DNA from: Setoptus koraiensis
Lineage: Eukaryota > Animalia > Arthropoda
Direction of reading: 5' to 3'
DNA length: 64,000 nt
NCBI GenBank assembly: GCA_048013815.1
Contig: CM106586.1
Coordinates: forward strand, 21,080,001 to 21,144,000
Both the position numbers and the translations under genes were made by a program. Within the stretch, counting starts at the first letter, position 1; each line of letters starts with the position of its first letter. The notes beneath the pieces were generated by a model. It saw only the letters and a list, made by a program, of their open reading frames with translations. It made no database searches and was not told the origin of the DNA. Shown here one piece after another: positions 33,913-48,600 of the stretch.

Positions 33913-35664
33913 TAATACGAGTCGCCGCCGGGAGGGGGCTTCACGCTCAAGTTGGCCCGCTTGCACTCGAAGCCGCCTTGTCGAGTCGCCCGAATTTGAA
34001 TCACTAGACTCGTGATATAAGCACCACGACAAAGCATTCTCTTTAATATATGCTGTCTGCATACGCACTCTGTCGGCGGGGCCCCGCGACCAGTTGCCCG
34101 AAGAGCCCCATTGGCGCCACTGGCGAGCTAACCGGAGGCGAAAAGAATTGAGACTGTTGTAGTCGGCGGTTGTTGTCGGTTGTCGGCGGTTGTTGTCGGT
34201 TGTCGTCGGTTGTCGGCGGTTGTTGTCGGCTGGTGGCGGCACGCGGAAGCTGCCCGCTATATATTATATTATGTTATATCTTGGGAGTCGCTGCATGGGA
34301 GTCGATGCATGGGAGTCGCTGCATGGGAGTCGCTGCTTGGGAGTTTCAGCTCGGGATGGCGGTTGGCGCAGCGGCCATTGTTTGTACGGTCTGTCCGGTA
34401 TTGCGGCATCAGCGCCATTGGCGCCATTGGCAACATTGAGCGCGCGCCATTAGCATGTCAATGTTGCCTTGCCATTACATAACCGGCCGTTATAATAACG
34501 TTAATAGTTTCTCGCCTTTCTGGCGCCATCACTCTGTTGTGGTTGTTGGCTCTTGTGTGCGCTGTTGTTGTCGGTTGTTGCTGTCGGTTGTCGTCGTCGG
34601 TTGTCGTCGTCGGTTGTCGTCGTCGGTTGTTGCTGTCGGTTGTTGCTGTCGGTGGTGTCTAGAAGTTGGCGCCAAAAGGTGCCACTCGCTGGCTGCCGGC
34701 CGCGCACTGGGCACCAGTGACGCAATAACAATCACAGCAAAACATCATTTGTCACCTAACAGAAACATGACACACAAACATGACAACGCATTGCGCATTG
34801 CACATGCACACACGACCAGATTTGCGGGGCCCCTGGCTCACTTATGTTGATATGTTGCCCTTCGAGGGCCCGCGCCAAAACGCCCAAATGCCAAAAGCCT
34901 AACATGCCAAAAGCCAGAATGCCAAATGGGCCCACAACCGGCCCACACATCAGCATATTGACGGCGCCAGCCAGTGTGTCCCGTTATGGGGCCGTCTGGC
35001 GCCAGTGGCGCCCCCAACAGGCCAGGGTCCGCTCTGGCTCAGTTCACTTGGCAAGCTCGCTGTCTCTCTGTCTTGGCAACTGCACTTGTGCTGCAAAACT
35101 GGCGCCGGTTCAGTTGCCTGTTCAGTTGCCAGTTCAGTTGCCGGTTCAGTTTGCCAGTGGGGCCAGTGGGGCCAGCGGGGCCAACGGGGCCACCGATCGC
35201 AAAGCCCGAACGCCGGGCCAACGGCAGCCACTGTGCGGCGACTGCACAGCGCAACGGTGCGAGTTGGCGACCAGTTGGCAACATTTGAGAGGAACCTTCA
35301 CAACTGGTGACTAATGACATAACATTACGATGCTATTACTTTGCAGCGCCGTTGTTGTTGTTGCCGTCGTTGTTGTTGCCGTCGTTGTTGTTGTTGCCGC
35401 TGTTGTTGTTGCTGTTGCTGCTGTTGTCGCTGTTGTGGCGTCGCGATAAGTCGCTGCTGTTGGCGACTCGCGAGAGATTTAGCGCTGCTGCTGCCGCTGT
35501 CGTGATTTCGCGTTGTTTTGTTTGGCGGGGCCCCATCTCAGCGGCTCGGCCGGCTCGGCTGCTCGGCAGACGCACCGAACACGGCCGTGTGTGCATCGCT
35601 CGACAGTGTATAATGACCGCGCCAGAGAGGCTCGTTTATGCACGTAACAACAATCAATTGTTTG

Positions 35665-35760
35665 GCGCCTAGAGCTGTTGTTGTCGTTGTTGTCGTTGTT
35701 GTCGTTGTTGTCGTTGTTGTCGTTGTTGTTGTTGTTGTTGTCGTTGTTGTTGTTGTTGCC
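35665..35760 (+). repeat. (GTT/GTC)n trinucleotide microsatellite; similar tracts at ~41875-41960, 49300-49400 and 51831-51901
   Basis: Read directly. These tracts generate the poly-V/L/C/Q/N/T pseudo-ORFs in the ORF track. Confidence 0.9.
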
Positions 35761-38700
35761 GCTGCTGCGGGGAGCGAGTTGCAACAAGAAATAGTTGCCA
35801 GAGTTAACATTATCATCTTGATCTACGTCGCCAGTTGCCACTGGCGAGAGCCAAAAGGCACGCGCAGGCCCGCGGCGCCCAACGGCCCCGACAACAACAA
35901 CAAATTGATAGCGGCCGAGCGAGGCTGGCGAGAGCTGGGGCCTCTTTGCGCGCCCTCTTGGCTGCTTTTATCTTTTTATCACTGCGTGTATCACTGTCGC
36001 GAGTCGTCGCTGGCCGTCCCTTGCGACCAACTGCAACTGCCACAGCAACTGCAACGCAACTACAGCTAAGACGCAACTACAACGCAACTACAACGCAACT
36101 ACAGCCAAGACGCAACTCGGAATAAATCACGACGACACACACCGCCATCAATGGGCAATAATGCTAATGCTAATACAATTGGTATTGAAATTGAAATTCG
36201 TTTGCTGTGTGCCATTGGCATTATATTATGTCACTCGACATAATACAATAATATTAATATTACTTGATACACGTTATATTGCCATTAAGCCGGCCGAGGG
36301 CCCAACCAACGTTGGGCAAGTGTTATCGGGTCGGCCCCCGCTTGCCCGGACAATGCCCAACGTTACATTGTTGGCCGTGTGCACTTGCTGCGCGGCACAT
36401 GCGCACACAATGGCACACGGACAACATTGGGGCCAAATTTGTGCACGTTGGGGCCAAATTTGTGCACGTTGGGGCCCGGTGTGGGTGTGCTACAACTGTA
36501 ACTACAACTACAGCTACAACAAACAGTGCAAAGCGAGCGAGTGCTGCTGCTTGTGAGCAGTAGCTGTCACTGTTAGGTAAGCAAGCAACAGTGACAGTTG
36601 ACTACAGTGACAAGTATGACAGTATGTGAGTTGGCTCACAAGCCAATGACAGATAGAGAGAGTGAGAGAGTGACGCAATAACAATAAACAATGCGCAATT
36701 GACCATCGATTGTGTGCGTAGTGGCTGTGGCGATGACGTGCCGTGTAACGCGCGCACACCTTGCGCAGATTTATAAACATATATGCGGATTTATAAACAG
36801 AAATGCACATTTACGGATATGACCCACTGGTCAGCTGCTGGCCAATTGCGCCCCCAATAAAAGGTGCGCTCATTCAATGAGCTTATTTTTGGTTCACAGT
36901 GTCAATTAAAGGCGACTGTGTCGGTCAACAATGGCGTCAGCTGTTTGTTTATACAGTATTTGTGTAGTCTGTTATGCTGGCCGGCCCGCTGGTAAGCGCG
37001 TAAGCCAACATAAAAGTGGGCATATTGTCCATGGCGGGCCGCTTGACCGTTCGGAACCAGGCACAGATTACACGGAGTCGGGCCGGACGAGGCGACCGCG
37101 CCGAGGTCGCATCGCCGCGTATAATCGGCGACCAGAGGCGCGCGACCAGCGCCCTCTGGTCGGCGCCTTCCCGTGGCGCTGCCCACTGGCTAGACGGACA
37201 CTTAGCGCCGACGCGCAACTCGCCCGTTGCGAGATCGGGCGCGACTCGGCAATGATAATAATGATGATCTTGCGCAACAACGGCAACAGCGGGCCATGAT
37301 TTAATTTTATTTCGTTTCATTAAATTTTTTATATTTTCTTCATGCATTTTAGTGTCGGTCCGACGTCGACTCGAGCGCATCTTTCGATGCTGGCCACCGC
37401 TTGCCACCGCTGGCCACCGCTTGCCACCGTTTGCCACCGTTTGTCGGTGCTGGCGCCGCATACGCACATTAAATAGCCGGCCGGCCGGCCGAGATATTAT
37501 ACGAGTTAGTTAGCCGAGACACGCCAAGAGAGAGAGAGAGAGTTTATCCGGCTACAAACGCGATTATTATTATTGCCGCACACTGACCAGCGCAAACAGT
37601 TTGCTGAGCGACATTGATTATCATCAAGTTTGTCGACCTATTCATGTGTTTGACTTTATCATCACGACCTTGCCGTTGTTTGCTCTGGTTGTTGCTGCCG
37701 CTGTCGCTGTTGCTGTTGTTGTTGTTGCTGCTGCTGCCGCTGTCGCTGTTGCTAAATCTCAAATTGGGAGAAACTGACCAAACTCAATCTATCTGTTTCG
37801 GGGGCTATTAGTGGTGGCGCTGAAACAAGAGTCGTTGCGCAACAGCAGCGACAAGCGTGCGGCTTGTTACGTAAGTCGTAAAAGGCTCACTGACTTTGTG
37901 AAATAATCATCATGATGATGATCACGAGATTAACCAGATGATGAATGACGACTCTTTCATTTCGCTCGCTCGCTCGCTGCCGTTTGTTTGTATCTGTTGC
38001 TGACTGTTTGTTGTTGAGCTGCCACTAATGGTCGAGCCCACTGGACCTTCAACTGACTGGCTGTGAGCTGGCAATATGAAACTAAACTCACAATATGATC
38101 ATGTCATCGTCGTGACACAACTGAGTCGCTTCTGTTTTCGGGGATAAACGCGCATAAACAGGGATAAACGGGCCTAAACAGAAGCAGCTCATTTTTTTTC
38201 TGGCCACCCCAAAACGAGCGCCCACAACAAGTGCACGCCAACGAACGCACTTGTTACGTTGCCCCGAACCGGCCCGCGCTCACCTGTGCCCACTAAACAA
38301 ACACCAGATTTACACATTTGACTACTTGATAATTATTATGTAACCGGGGCACCGTGGGCTCTGCGGGCAGTGTGGGCAGTGTGGGTAGTGTGGGCACTGC
38401 GGGTATTGTTGCCATGGCGACATTATGCGCCGGCCACGCTACACGTATACGTTGCTGTATGCAACGTATACAGCGAGCCGACTAACAAGCAAATATCCGC
38501 ATTATACACACTGTATAATGCGGAGTGTATAAATGTGAATATAGGCTGTTATTAGCTGCTGTTATTGTGTCTTAGGCGGCGCATTTCGAGGCGACAGCGA
38601 CGCGCATTGTCATGACTCACGACTCACCATGACAATTCTATTAGTTGTTACGTAACACACGGCCGGCATCAAGTGGCTGCATCAGCTGACTTTTCAGTTA

Positions 38701-41700
38701 CATTGTGTGCGACGGCCACAATAAAGTCATGACATTTTGTTTTTGACATTTGTAATACGTTGTGTGTTGCGTAACACACAACGTATTACATAACACAGTG
38801 TTGTGATAACACTGTGACACAAATGTCTTGGCGTCTTGGCTGCCAGTTTGTTGTCAATGTTGGTTGTTGTCTCATGGTGGTTGCTGTTGGTTGTTGCGTA
38901 AGTCTGCTGCCAACAATCTGGTTTGGCGTGTCGCCTTTCCATTGTGTGCCATTGGCCACATTGTGCTGTGCGTAATGTGTAGCGACAACAGCGCCACAAC
39001 CAACGACGACACTGTTATGCAACACTTGCCACTGTGTCGCCGGCTGTCAGCTGTCAGCGAGCCGCTCACCTGTTCCGGGCGCCACTAACAATACTATACA
39101 AACTGTACATGTTAGTTTAGTTAGTGCATGGCATTGGCCGTTGATGTCGCTGTTGTGAGCGGCGGCGCACAATTTGCAGCAACCGGAGCAGAGAGCACCC
39201 TCGCTATTATACAAATTACGCGCCGTATCATCGCCTATTATATTGTTTGCCGGCAGCAGCCGCAACAGCGACAACAGCGACAACAACAGCAACAACAACG
39301 ACAACGACAACAGCAACAACAACGACAGCAACAACAGCAACAACAACCACAACAGCGACAACAACAGCGTCGTGCGGCACAACAAGAGGTCATTCGAGCC
39401 TGCTAATTGGGTGTGCGGCGCTTGTCGTCGGCGCCGACAGGTGAGGAGCCGCGCGGACACAGGGCGCCGGTTGACAAGTGTGTGCGTTGCGTGACGCAAT
39501 TTGTTGTTCGGCGCAATCAGTGGCCCCTCCGGCCGCCAGAGTGTGGCGTGCTGCCGGCCAACAATCGGTGACTGCCAGACAGTCCGACTGTCAGACTCTG
39601 ACGCCGGTTGTGCCAGCGCGGATGCCGCGCTGCGTTGAATGGCGGCGGCTCGGCCCGGTTCGCGGCGGCCCGGTTCGCAGCAGCGGTATCGGCGGCGCTC
39701 GCTCACTCGGTGTCGCTAGCAGTCGGCCGCATTCTCCATGATACCGGGCCGGCCGCGTTCTCGAGCCGAGCGGCGTCATGCAAAACAATCTGTCTCTCAC
39801 GGGCCAATCTGACAGTGCGGTCGGCGCTTCCGAAGTGAACCGCGGCCGCCGCCGCCGCCGAGTGTGCCAACTCTGCCAAGTGGCACACAATGCGGCCGGC
39901 CGGCTCGAGCTGCCAACAGATTCCGCTGAGCGGACTCCGCTCGGCACCAAGTTCGAGCGCCGCTTCGAACGCAGCCGGCAGCCAGTTCGAACGTCGGCTG
40001 CCAGTTCGGCGGCGGTTCGCAGGCGATTATTCGCAAGTGTTGGCTGCGAATTGCGAGCCGCGAACCGCGAATCGCCGCCTTGGTCGCGCTGTCTCGGCTG
40101 CCAGCAACCATTTGCCAGCCAGCCGCCAATTGGCGGCCTGACGGCGCCATGATGGATGGATTGTGCACTCTTTATTATTGCTCCATTTGCGCCGATTTAC
40201 CTGTGCGCGGTTGTCAGCGCAAGATTTTCGCTGTCGGTCGTTGTTTTGGTGTCGCCCGGTCGGCCGAGCGTTTGTATTGGGCGAGTCACTCAACACAAAA
40301 CTACAACTTGACGCAACTCGCTCGTAACTGCGGGCCGGCCCGCTCTCCGAAGCGCCCGGCCGACGTTGCCCGACGCCATATCGGCGATATGATATTTGGC
40401 GTTTGCAGTTGCACACTCAGCTACAAATTGAACTGCAAATCCGACCCGTGCTGACCGTCATTACGGGGCCCGCCGCTACGTGGCAGTCGTGCCATTATCG
40501 GCATCATCGATGGGCCCCGGCGGATCGGCGCGCCCGTGATTGCACATGAATTTAGATTTGTGCGCCACTTAAGCTGGCATTTGTAGCACAACAGCTCACC
40601 TAATGGCAGCCAATAATAATCTACAATTGCAAATGCACGCGCTACAATGTTGACAGTTGCGCAAGCGGCCCCCCTCTCGGGCCCCGGCGGACCTTTTTAA
40701 GGGCGCGCTTGTGTGTGCTGTTACGTAACAGCGCGGCCAACAGCGGCATTGCGGCCGACAGCGGAGCCACTTAACGGACAAACAAGTGACCTCAACTGGC
40801 CCCGGCTTGCTCACGATGCGCAAGCTGGGGGGCGGGGGGGGGGCAGTCGAGCTTATAGGGGCGCATTAAGCAAATTGTTATCGAGCTGGGCCCGTCTATA
40901 TTCATCGAACGCACTGACCGAATGTCAACTGAAAATCACAACAAACAGCGGCAACAACAGCGACAACCACCAGCGACAACCACCAGCAACAACAAACAAC
41001 AACAACCAGCGACAACCAGCAACAACAACCAGCGACAACCAACAACAACAACGGCCAGCGGCGATACACGAAATGCATAATGTAAATAGGGATAGGTCAG
41101 CAAAAGTGCGCCCCACAAAGGGCCCCTGCCAAGTCGCGTTGTTATGTAATTGCCGCTCGGTTTAAAGCTCGCCGGCCCGGCGGCCGACATGCTTTCTTTC
41201 AAGTCTTTCGAGCTGGCTGCTCACAAATATCCCTGTTGTCGTGTCCGGCCCGGCGTGCCCGGTTTGCCCGACAATCGCGCTCGGCTCCAACAGCGAGCCA
41301 GCGACACTCGCATTTCCTGCTTGCTCGGCCCCAGAGCCGGCCATCAATGGGCCCCTTTATGCGTCGATCCGCGTCGACGGCCAGTCGAGCGTCGTTGGCT
41401 CTAGAATGGCCATCAAGTTGGCAAGATAACAACGGACAGTTTGTTAGAGTCACTCAACTCGCTGCCATTTGCATAACTAGCATTCAGCGAGCGGGCCCCC
41501 GTTCACTTTGGCTCACTAGATGGCTCACTAGAGGGCTCACTTTCATTTCAGTGCGGACGCGCTTCACTGACCACCGCTCACTTGAGGTATCTCTCTGGCC
41601 CACTCAACTTATACCTTGCACAGCGACTGTCCCGTAGTCTGCGACAGCAAACACACAAACTAGTCGACACAAGGTAGTTGAGCCTGCCCGATCCATCCGT

Positions 41701-44700
41701 TTGTGATATCTCAATGGCCCTCAGCGAGCGACTATGCGGGCCCATCGGCCGGCCACTGGGGCCCGGCAACAATAACTCATACGCGATGATATATCGTCGG
41801 CGCTGGATAGGATATTTGTTTGCCAACTGCACAACCAATCAACAACACACGCTGAAACAGGACGCCTCGACATGTTGTTGTTGCCGCTGTTGGTGCTGTT
41901 GTTGCTGTTGTTGCTGTTGTTGTTGTTGTTGCTGTTGTTGTTGTTGTTGCTGTTGTTGTTGCCTTGGCAAAAGAATCCCCGCTTGAGACGCTCGCCGAAG
42001 AAGCGGCCATCGCATTTTGTTTTCGCATGTTTTTTTTTCTGTTTCTTTGCATGCTCTGTCCAGCCAAAACAAAAGCGCCCTCCTTGAGGAATGAGGTCAA
42101 TTACCAGTTCCCATTTGCTGTCAATTAATACTGCCATTCGATAGGCGCTTGTGATTCGCCTAGCTGCCCATGCAAGTGTGTGGCAAAGCCGGCCACCAGG
42201 GGCGTCAGTGGTTGCTTGTGGATGTGGCCGAGTTGCCAATGCAACCAATATACTAATACCAACCGGGCCGTATAACGATAATGAGATAAATGAGATGACA
42301 CAACAACATGAGCCCACTACTCGCCGGCCAACGAGGTATCATTAGGGCAGCGCTCGTGCCGAGCGAAACCGCAATACATCATTGCGGGCGCGCCAGCAAC
42401 AGCAGCGCCAGTAAAAAGCGAAGCGCAACCGCAACAAAAGCCGCTCGTACGGCCCAGTTGAGTCGTGCCGGCCCGACCAAGAGCGGCTTGCGGCCCGCGC
42501 GCGGATGCCGCTCTCCGAGGCCCGCTCGCTCGCATGCAGGCTCGAGCCGGTCAAACGGGCCGGCGATCGTCGGTCGGACCTGTCGCCGCTCGCCGCTCGC
42601 TAGTGGCCGGTCGCCCGTCGTCGGTCACCGCTCGCTAGTGGCCGGTCGCCCGTCGTCGGCGCCGGCAACAACGCACAATATTATATTATTATATAACACG
42701 CAGCAGAGTGAGGGATGGATAGAGATGTCGCTGGCGCCGGCTCATTGATGATGATCGATATTACGGTATTAATATTAATATTAATGACACTAATCAACGC
42801 CAACACGTACGCGCACGCCGCGGGCTAAACTGGCGCGCAACTGTCTGGATGGCGGCCGCCTGGCTAGACACTGTGCGTGGGCAGTTGCCGGCAAGCGAGG
42901 CGCCCTCCCCCCCCCCGCCGGAGCTGGCCGCACATACAAAGCGGGTCATGCTAATGAAATTCACGCCTCTCAACTATCCATTCGAATGGCCGGCGACCCG
43001 TCAGCGAGTCAGCGAGTTAGTTAGTTAATCTAGGCAATGTTTCTTTTTCAGCTGCACGGCGCTCATTATTATCCCCCACGGCCCCATCGGCGCTGGGGCC
43101 CCGCAGCCGATACTGCCGATGCGCCCGGTTGCCGCAGTCGATACGGTCTGAGTGTGGCGCCGCCGCTCGGCGGCCGCCAGAGTGGCCATTTTTGTTTGTT
43201 GCCAGCGAGTTTGTTGCCAGCGAGTTTGTTGGCCGGCTGGCTCGCGAGCCCTCGCGGGCCCCACTCGGCGGCCAGAGTGGCGCGCGGAGTTGCAAATTTG
43301 CAAGCTTGGCCCACTTCCGAACGGGGCCACTTCCGAAGCTCGTGTGTCACGGCCGGGCTCGCGCGTCACGGCCGGGCTCGCGCGCAATCGATGATCGATG
43401 CGCACCGGGCCCGATGTCGCCCGCCAGGCCGCTGTTTGTGGGCACCGCAGTGGCCCCACTTGTGCGCTGGCTGCTCGTGGGGCCCGCTGTGACAGTTGCA
43501 CAAGTCGTACAAAGCAGTTGCATGAGGCGCCGTTAACTGGCGCATAAGCGTCAAGGCGAGTCGCCACTGGCCGCCACCGACTTGGCCCGACACACACCGC
43601 CCAGCGCTGTTTTTGCCCCCCTGCCCCCCGTTTAGGTGCCTCCTGGTTCCGAATCGCCGAATCGCCGAATCGCGTTTAATTTTGCGCTGCCAGCTTCGGA
43701 GGCCCGGCCGCTGGTGGGCGCTGGCGGCCGCTGGAGCTGTCATAAACGGGTGGCGCCCGGCCCGATAGGCGCTTTATTACACTGTCCGCGCTGGCTGCTA
43801 TCAAGTGCAGGCCGAGTTTTTCTTTGCGACGCGTTTGTTTGAACGTCTGAACGTCTGAAAGTTTGAATGTTTGAACGTCTGAATGTCCAAATGTTCGAAT
43901 GTCTGAGTGTTCGAACGTTCGAATGTGTCGCAAAAAGGAAGGGGCCCGACGCTCATTTGCATTCATGTGGCGGACAAGTTGAAACTTAAGTGAGATAAGC
44001 CAGCGAGAGGGGGCGCAGTGACGTTTGCAAGTCATTGTTTTACCCTTGACCATTTGGGCCCCCGGCCGCTTTTTTGCCCGCCACTAGATTTAGTCTGGCA
44101 CCGTTGGACTGCGACTCGGATTTGCAGACCTTGCACAGCTTATTACAGAGTCTGAGATTATTACGCTCTCAGGCTTAGCCACTCGGGGCCCCAACTGCGC
44201 CTAAGCTCGCCGGACTCGCCACACTCGCCACACTGTTTGTCGCGGGCGCCGCCAGCCACTGCGCCAGCGAATGTCTGATAGATGGCGCGTTCGGGCAGCC
44301 AGCTCGGCTTCTTATCGCGAGCGGGCGCTTTTATTTCGCCAACCAACATTATAAAATGGCGTGCCGATTTTGCTCGATTTTGGCCCCCAAAGCTCGCTTG
44401 TTTCGCCGCGCCGCGCCGTGAGCAATCTGAGCGTGAGAATTGTTTGCATTAGCTCGCTCCAGTCGGGGGCCCCAAACCCAAATTGCGCACTCTCTTTTCT
44501 TTTTGCTCGTTTGGCCGTGCTGCCAGTCGGCGGGCAGGCGATTCGCATGGCCAGCGACCAGCCAGCAAACATTACGATCATCATCAACGCCCCGCGTTTG
44601 TTTGCTTGTCCGTCGGTGTGTGCGGGCCCCGGTTCGCCGGGGCCCGCACACTGTTTTTCCGCCGGGTCGGGGGGGGGGGGCTCCATTATTATGTCGAGCT

Positions 44701-45368
44701 TGCACAAGTAACACAGTGTGTCGACGCACAAACAATAGACAACAAGTGAAGCGATGCAAATGAAAAATGTCCCTGTCCACCAATCAACACCAATGCCATG
44801 CAGTTTGTTTGTTTGTTTGCTTGCTTGCCAGTTTGTCACCTAAACCGGCCCGGCTTGCCCGAGCCTCTCAAGCGACCACCGGCGCCATCCATGTGTGAAT
44901 CGGGCACAAATTCTTTGTCTCATTTGGCGTGCTGCTCGCTTTTTGTCGCCGCACAATTCAATTGTGTCCAGCCGCACATGCACCCAATACCCACAATACC
45001 CCCGCTGCTTGCCCGACTTGTCCCGCGATCCGACTTGTTCCGCGATCCGACTTGTCCCGCGCCAACTTGGTCGGTCCGAGCTCGCGCCGACAGAGCTAGC
45101 GCCGCCACGAAAATCAACCAATTGTCACTCAATTTTCATCAGTTTATCGGCCCACCTCCCATCCAGCTCGGCCCGTCGCACTCCCATCTCCCAGCTCGCA
45201 TCACAGCAGCACCCTGAACACACTTCCGGCACGCTAAAGATTTTTGTTTTGTTTTTGGGGTGAGCAATTGGCTCGACATGGGATGTGCTTGCTGACAATT
45301 GTAACTCAACACACAAGCTCAAGATATCAACGAGCTAAATCATCGCAACGGTCACCTGTGCTACTCAC

Positions 45369-45615
45369 CTGTATCGTCGGACAATTGATTGTTGTTTATT
45401 TGCAGCGCGTCGGCCATTATGAGGCACGAGCTCGACGCTGACCATGCCGCCAATTGTGCGAGCATAGTCGTGTGTGAGTCGTGAGTTTGGGGTCTAGTTA
45501 AATTTATTGTAGTGGATATAGTATCGTAGAGGATCGATGAGCCGGCAGCCAATAGTATCAACGATAATAACACGTTACTGTGGCGCTCGGCGCTCCTTCT
45601 CTTCTTTTTCTTCAT
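45369..45615 (-). CDS. Candidate remote first coding exon (basic N-region plus hydrophobic core) for the Ig-domain gene
   Basis: ATG 45615 MKKKKRRSAERHSNVLLSLILLAAGSSILY... ends at a consensus donor ACAG|GTGAGT (45368) in phase 1. This is compatible with a gacAG|GTAAC acceptor at 26029 inside the Ig exon. No homology support. Confidence 0.25.
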
Positions 45616-48600
45616 TGTGCTGCCCGACTGGGTCAGATTCTTCTCATTTGCATCGAGTGTCACAGTTGTTGTGGTTGTTGTCGTGGTTGTTGCTGTCGCT
45701 GTGACATGGGTTGTTCTATTTTGACAATGTAGCGTTGACATTCAAATTGTCGTTGTCGCCGTTGTTGCTGTTGTTGTCGCTGTTGTCGCTGTTGTTGCTG
45801 TTGGCCCACTTTGCTTGTCACTGCTTGACCGCCGTTGATTGGCACAACAGCTGATGTGTGTATTTGTAGTCGATAATGACGACGCTTGCCGTTGCAGCAC
45901 GAACCGCATTCAAATTGCGTTTGCCGGCGAGATGTCGCTCGTCGTTGTGGTTGTTGTTGTGGTTGTTGTTGTGGTTGTTGTTGTTGTTGTTGTGCCCGGT
46001 CGAGCTTGTATTCTTGCACTGGCGCTTGTCGGCTGTTGGCTGCTAGTGCCCGTCGGTTACATAATCGTTTGATTGGCTCGCTGTGTTGGCGCGTGTTGTG
46101 GTCAGTCGACAATCGGCAACGGCAGTCATGTCATAACAACGACACATGATAGATAGACACAAATGATAGCAAGATTAGTAAATGATTTCATCGATAACAC
46201 TCATGGCACTGTCACACCACGTAACCAGTTGATGACACTGTAGCAAACTGTTTGATATCGTCGACACTAGATGATGTAATAATAATAGCACTAGTTAAAC
46301 TTGTAACAAGTGCTCGCTGGTCAGTAGGCAAATTGCAACTAGTTGGCCGAAGCAACCGACCAACAAACAAACTATCGAACAAGTAAAAAGGCTCATTCTG
46401 ATGCGCATGGATATCGGCATCGCGTTATCCGCGCATGCTTTTCCCCCCGATGAGCCAATTCACATCAGGCTTCAGCTTGCTCAAATTGACCATTCGCAAG
46501 GGGCGGGGGGGGGGCACAAACAGTGCGCGCTGAGTATGCGTGCTGTAGCAAAATTTGAATTTGCCAAACGAGGGCGCCCTCTGGCCGCGAAGCCCGACAA
46601 TTACTTTTTAAACTTTTTATCTTGTAACATCACGTTGTTAGTGTAACATGATGTTACATTGCTCTCGTCGTATGATATGAGTCATATCATAGATATATTA
46701 ATACGATATTAATAGTCGAATATACATGGCGTATTCGACAATATTACAACAAATAAATATATTGTTATCGGTTTTGTTGTTGCAGGCAATTTATCTCGGC
46801 GCACAAAGCAGAGGGGATAAACAAGAGGATAAAACATTTTGCAGTTTGGCGTTTTGCTTCTGCCCGATTTCGGTTGCAGCGCCAGCAAGCGCGCATTCCT
46901 CTGTTGGCATTGTCCGGTTGGTGCAATTGCGCAATCATTAAGCCAGCCACATATTGTTCTCGATGATGAATAATTGACTGTTTGGCACAAGACGAGACAC
47001 GGCCAACAGTAGCCAGTCACCGGCAGTTTCGGCGGCAGTTTCGACGGCAGCTTCGGCGGCAGTTTCAACGGCAGCCGACCATCGGAGATTGAAGAGATCG
47101 AAGCAGAACGAAGAGCTGGCCAGTCAGCCGGTCAGCCAGTGAGCCAGTGAGCCGGCCAGACGGCCGACCAACAACTGTGCGCCAACAAGCGGCCATTAGC
47201 TAATGAAATAATTAATCACACAGGTGAGTTCGTGAACAACATAATTAGTTATCACTTTTACTGTGTGTGCGCACATTCTTTTGCTCAAACTGTGACGTTG
47301 TGCAACAATTTTCAATAAATCATTTGTATCATCTCTTTTTTAGTTTTGTTGATGCAAAATTTGCATTTCGACGAGCACCGCCTGTTGTTTGTTGTGCCGG
47401 TTGTAGTGGCTTGTTGGTGTTGTCGTCGTCGTTGTTGCTGCTGTTGCTGTTGTTGATGCTGTTGCTGTTGTTGATGCTGTTGCTGTTGTTGTTGCTGTTG
47501 TTGTTGCTGTTGTTGTTGATGTTGTTGGTCGCCATTTTAGCTGCGATACAACTAATATGAGCAATATATCGGCAATAATTACTCACCGTGCGCATACAGC
47601 GCTCTCATAACGATGCCCCTCACTCCGAGCCTCTCATCACCTGACGCGGGCCGGCCGCCGCTTGGCAAGCGAGCCATCCTCGTCGTCAGATATCCTGGTC
47701 GTCAGATATCCGCTCACAACAGATATCCCTAAGACAAATATCCACACAACAGCCATCCTTACGACGGATATCCACATCCCATACACACGTCCAAACTGGC
47801 AGCCACCAATGGAGCCGCGATGGAGCCGGCCACTGGCACCGAGCGGAGCCGAGCGGAGTCGAGCGGAGCCAGCCGGAGCCGACTGGAGCCGACTGGAGCC
47901 GACTGGAATGCCCTCAAGCTGCGAGCGAAGCCTCGGGTACCGGCCGCTCCGGTTCATTGGTTGGCGCTCATAATCATAATTTGGATATTTTGATAATTTC
48001 GATGATATTCGAGTTGTGAACTGAAACTGCGATCGCTGGCTTGTTGCTGCAGTTGTTCAATTTCAGCACCTGTCCGAAAAGCGCACCTTGAACAAACAAC
48101 AGGTTGGCCGAGCGCGAGAACAGGGCGAGCGTTTCATCAGCAGGGCGAGCGTTTCATCAACAAAGGAGCCCTTTATCCGATACGCTGGCCAGACAGATTG
48201 CAGCTTGTTGAATGCTCATGCTACACAACAGTGATCGCTCTACAATGACGTAATGCTGGCATAGCCAGCAAATAGCAAATAGCTAGTAGTAATGGGATGA
48301 TCGTCATGATGATAGCGATGGTAAATGGTTTATTAAATGGAATGTCGGACCAGCGACGACGACGACGACAGTTTGTTTCAAACTCACCCCTTGCTCTCGT
48401 TGCGCAATCGATTATTAATACAGTGAAACAGTTTGCTGCTGCCAAATTGCTGTTGCGCTGATTAAAACAAGTGCAAACACACATTTAATGACTCTCGCTC
48501 TCGAGCTAATCAAATCAGTGGCTGTATCAAATCAGTGGCTGTATCAAATCAGTGGCTGTAGCTGTAGTAAATTAAACAATTTCCACTCACCTACCGTCGG

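Noticed and set aside
46620-46660. Hairpin TGTAACATCACGTT-gttagtgt-AACATGATGTTACA as a pre-miRNA
   Set aside because: The stem is only ~14 bp, too short for a Drosha/Dicer substrate, and matches no known mature miRNA.
46726-46941. 71-aa ATG ORF with a hydrophobic N-terminus
   Set aside because: Short, AT-rich, with no homology or downstream exon; consistent with chance.
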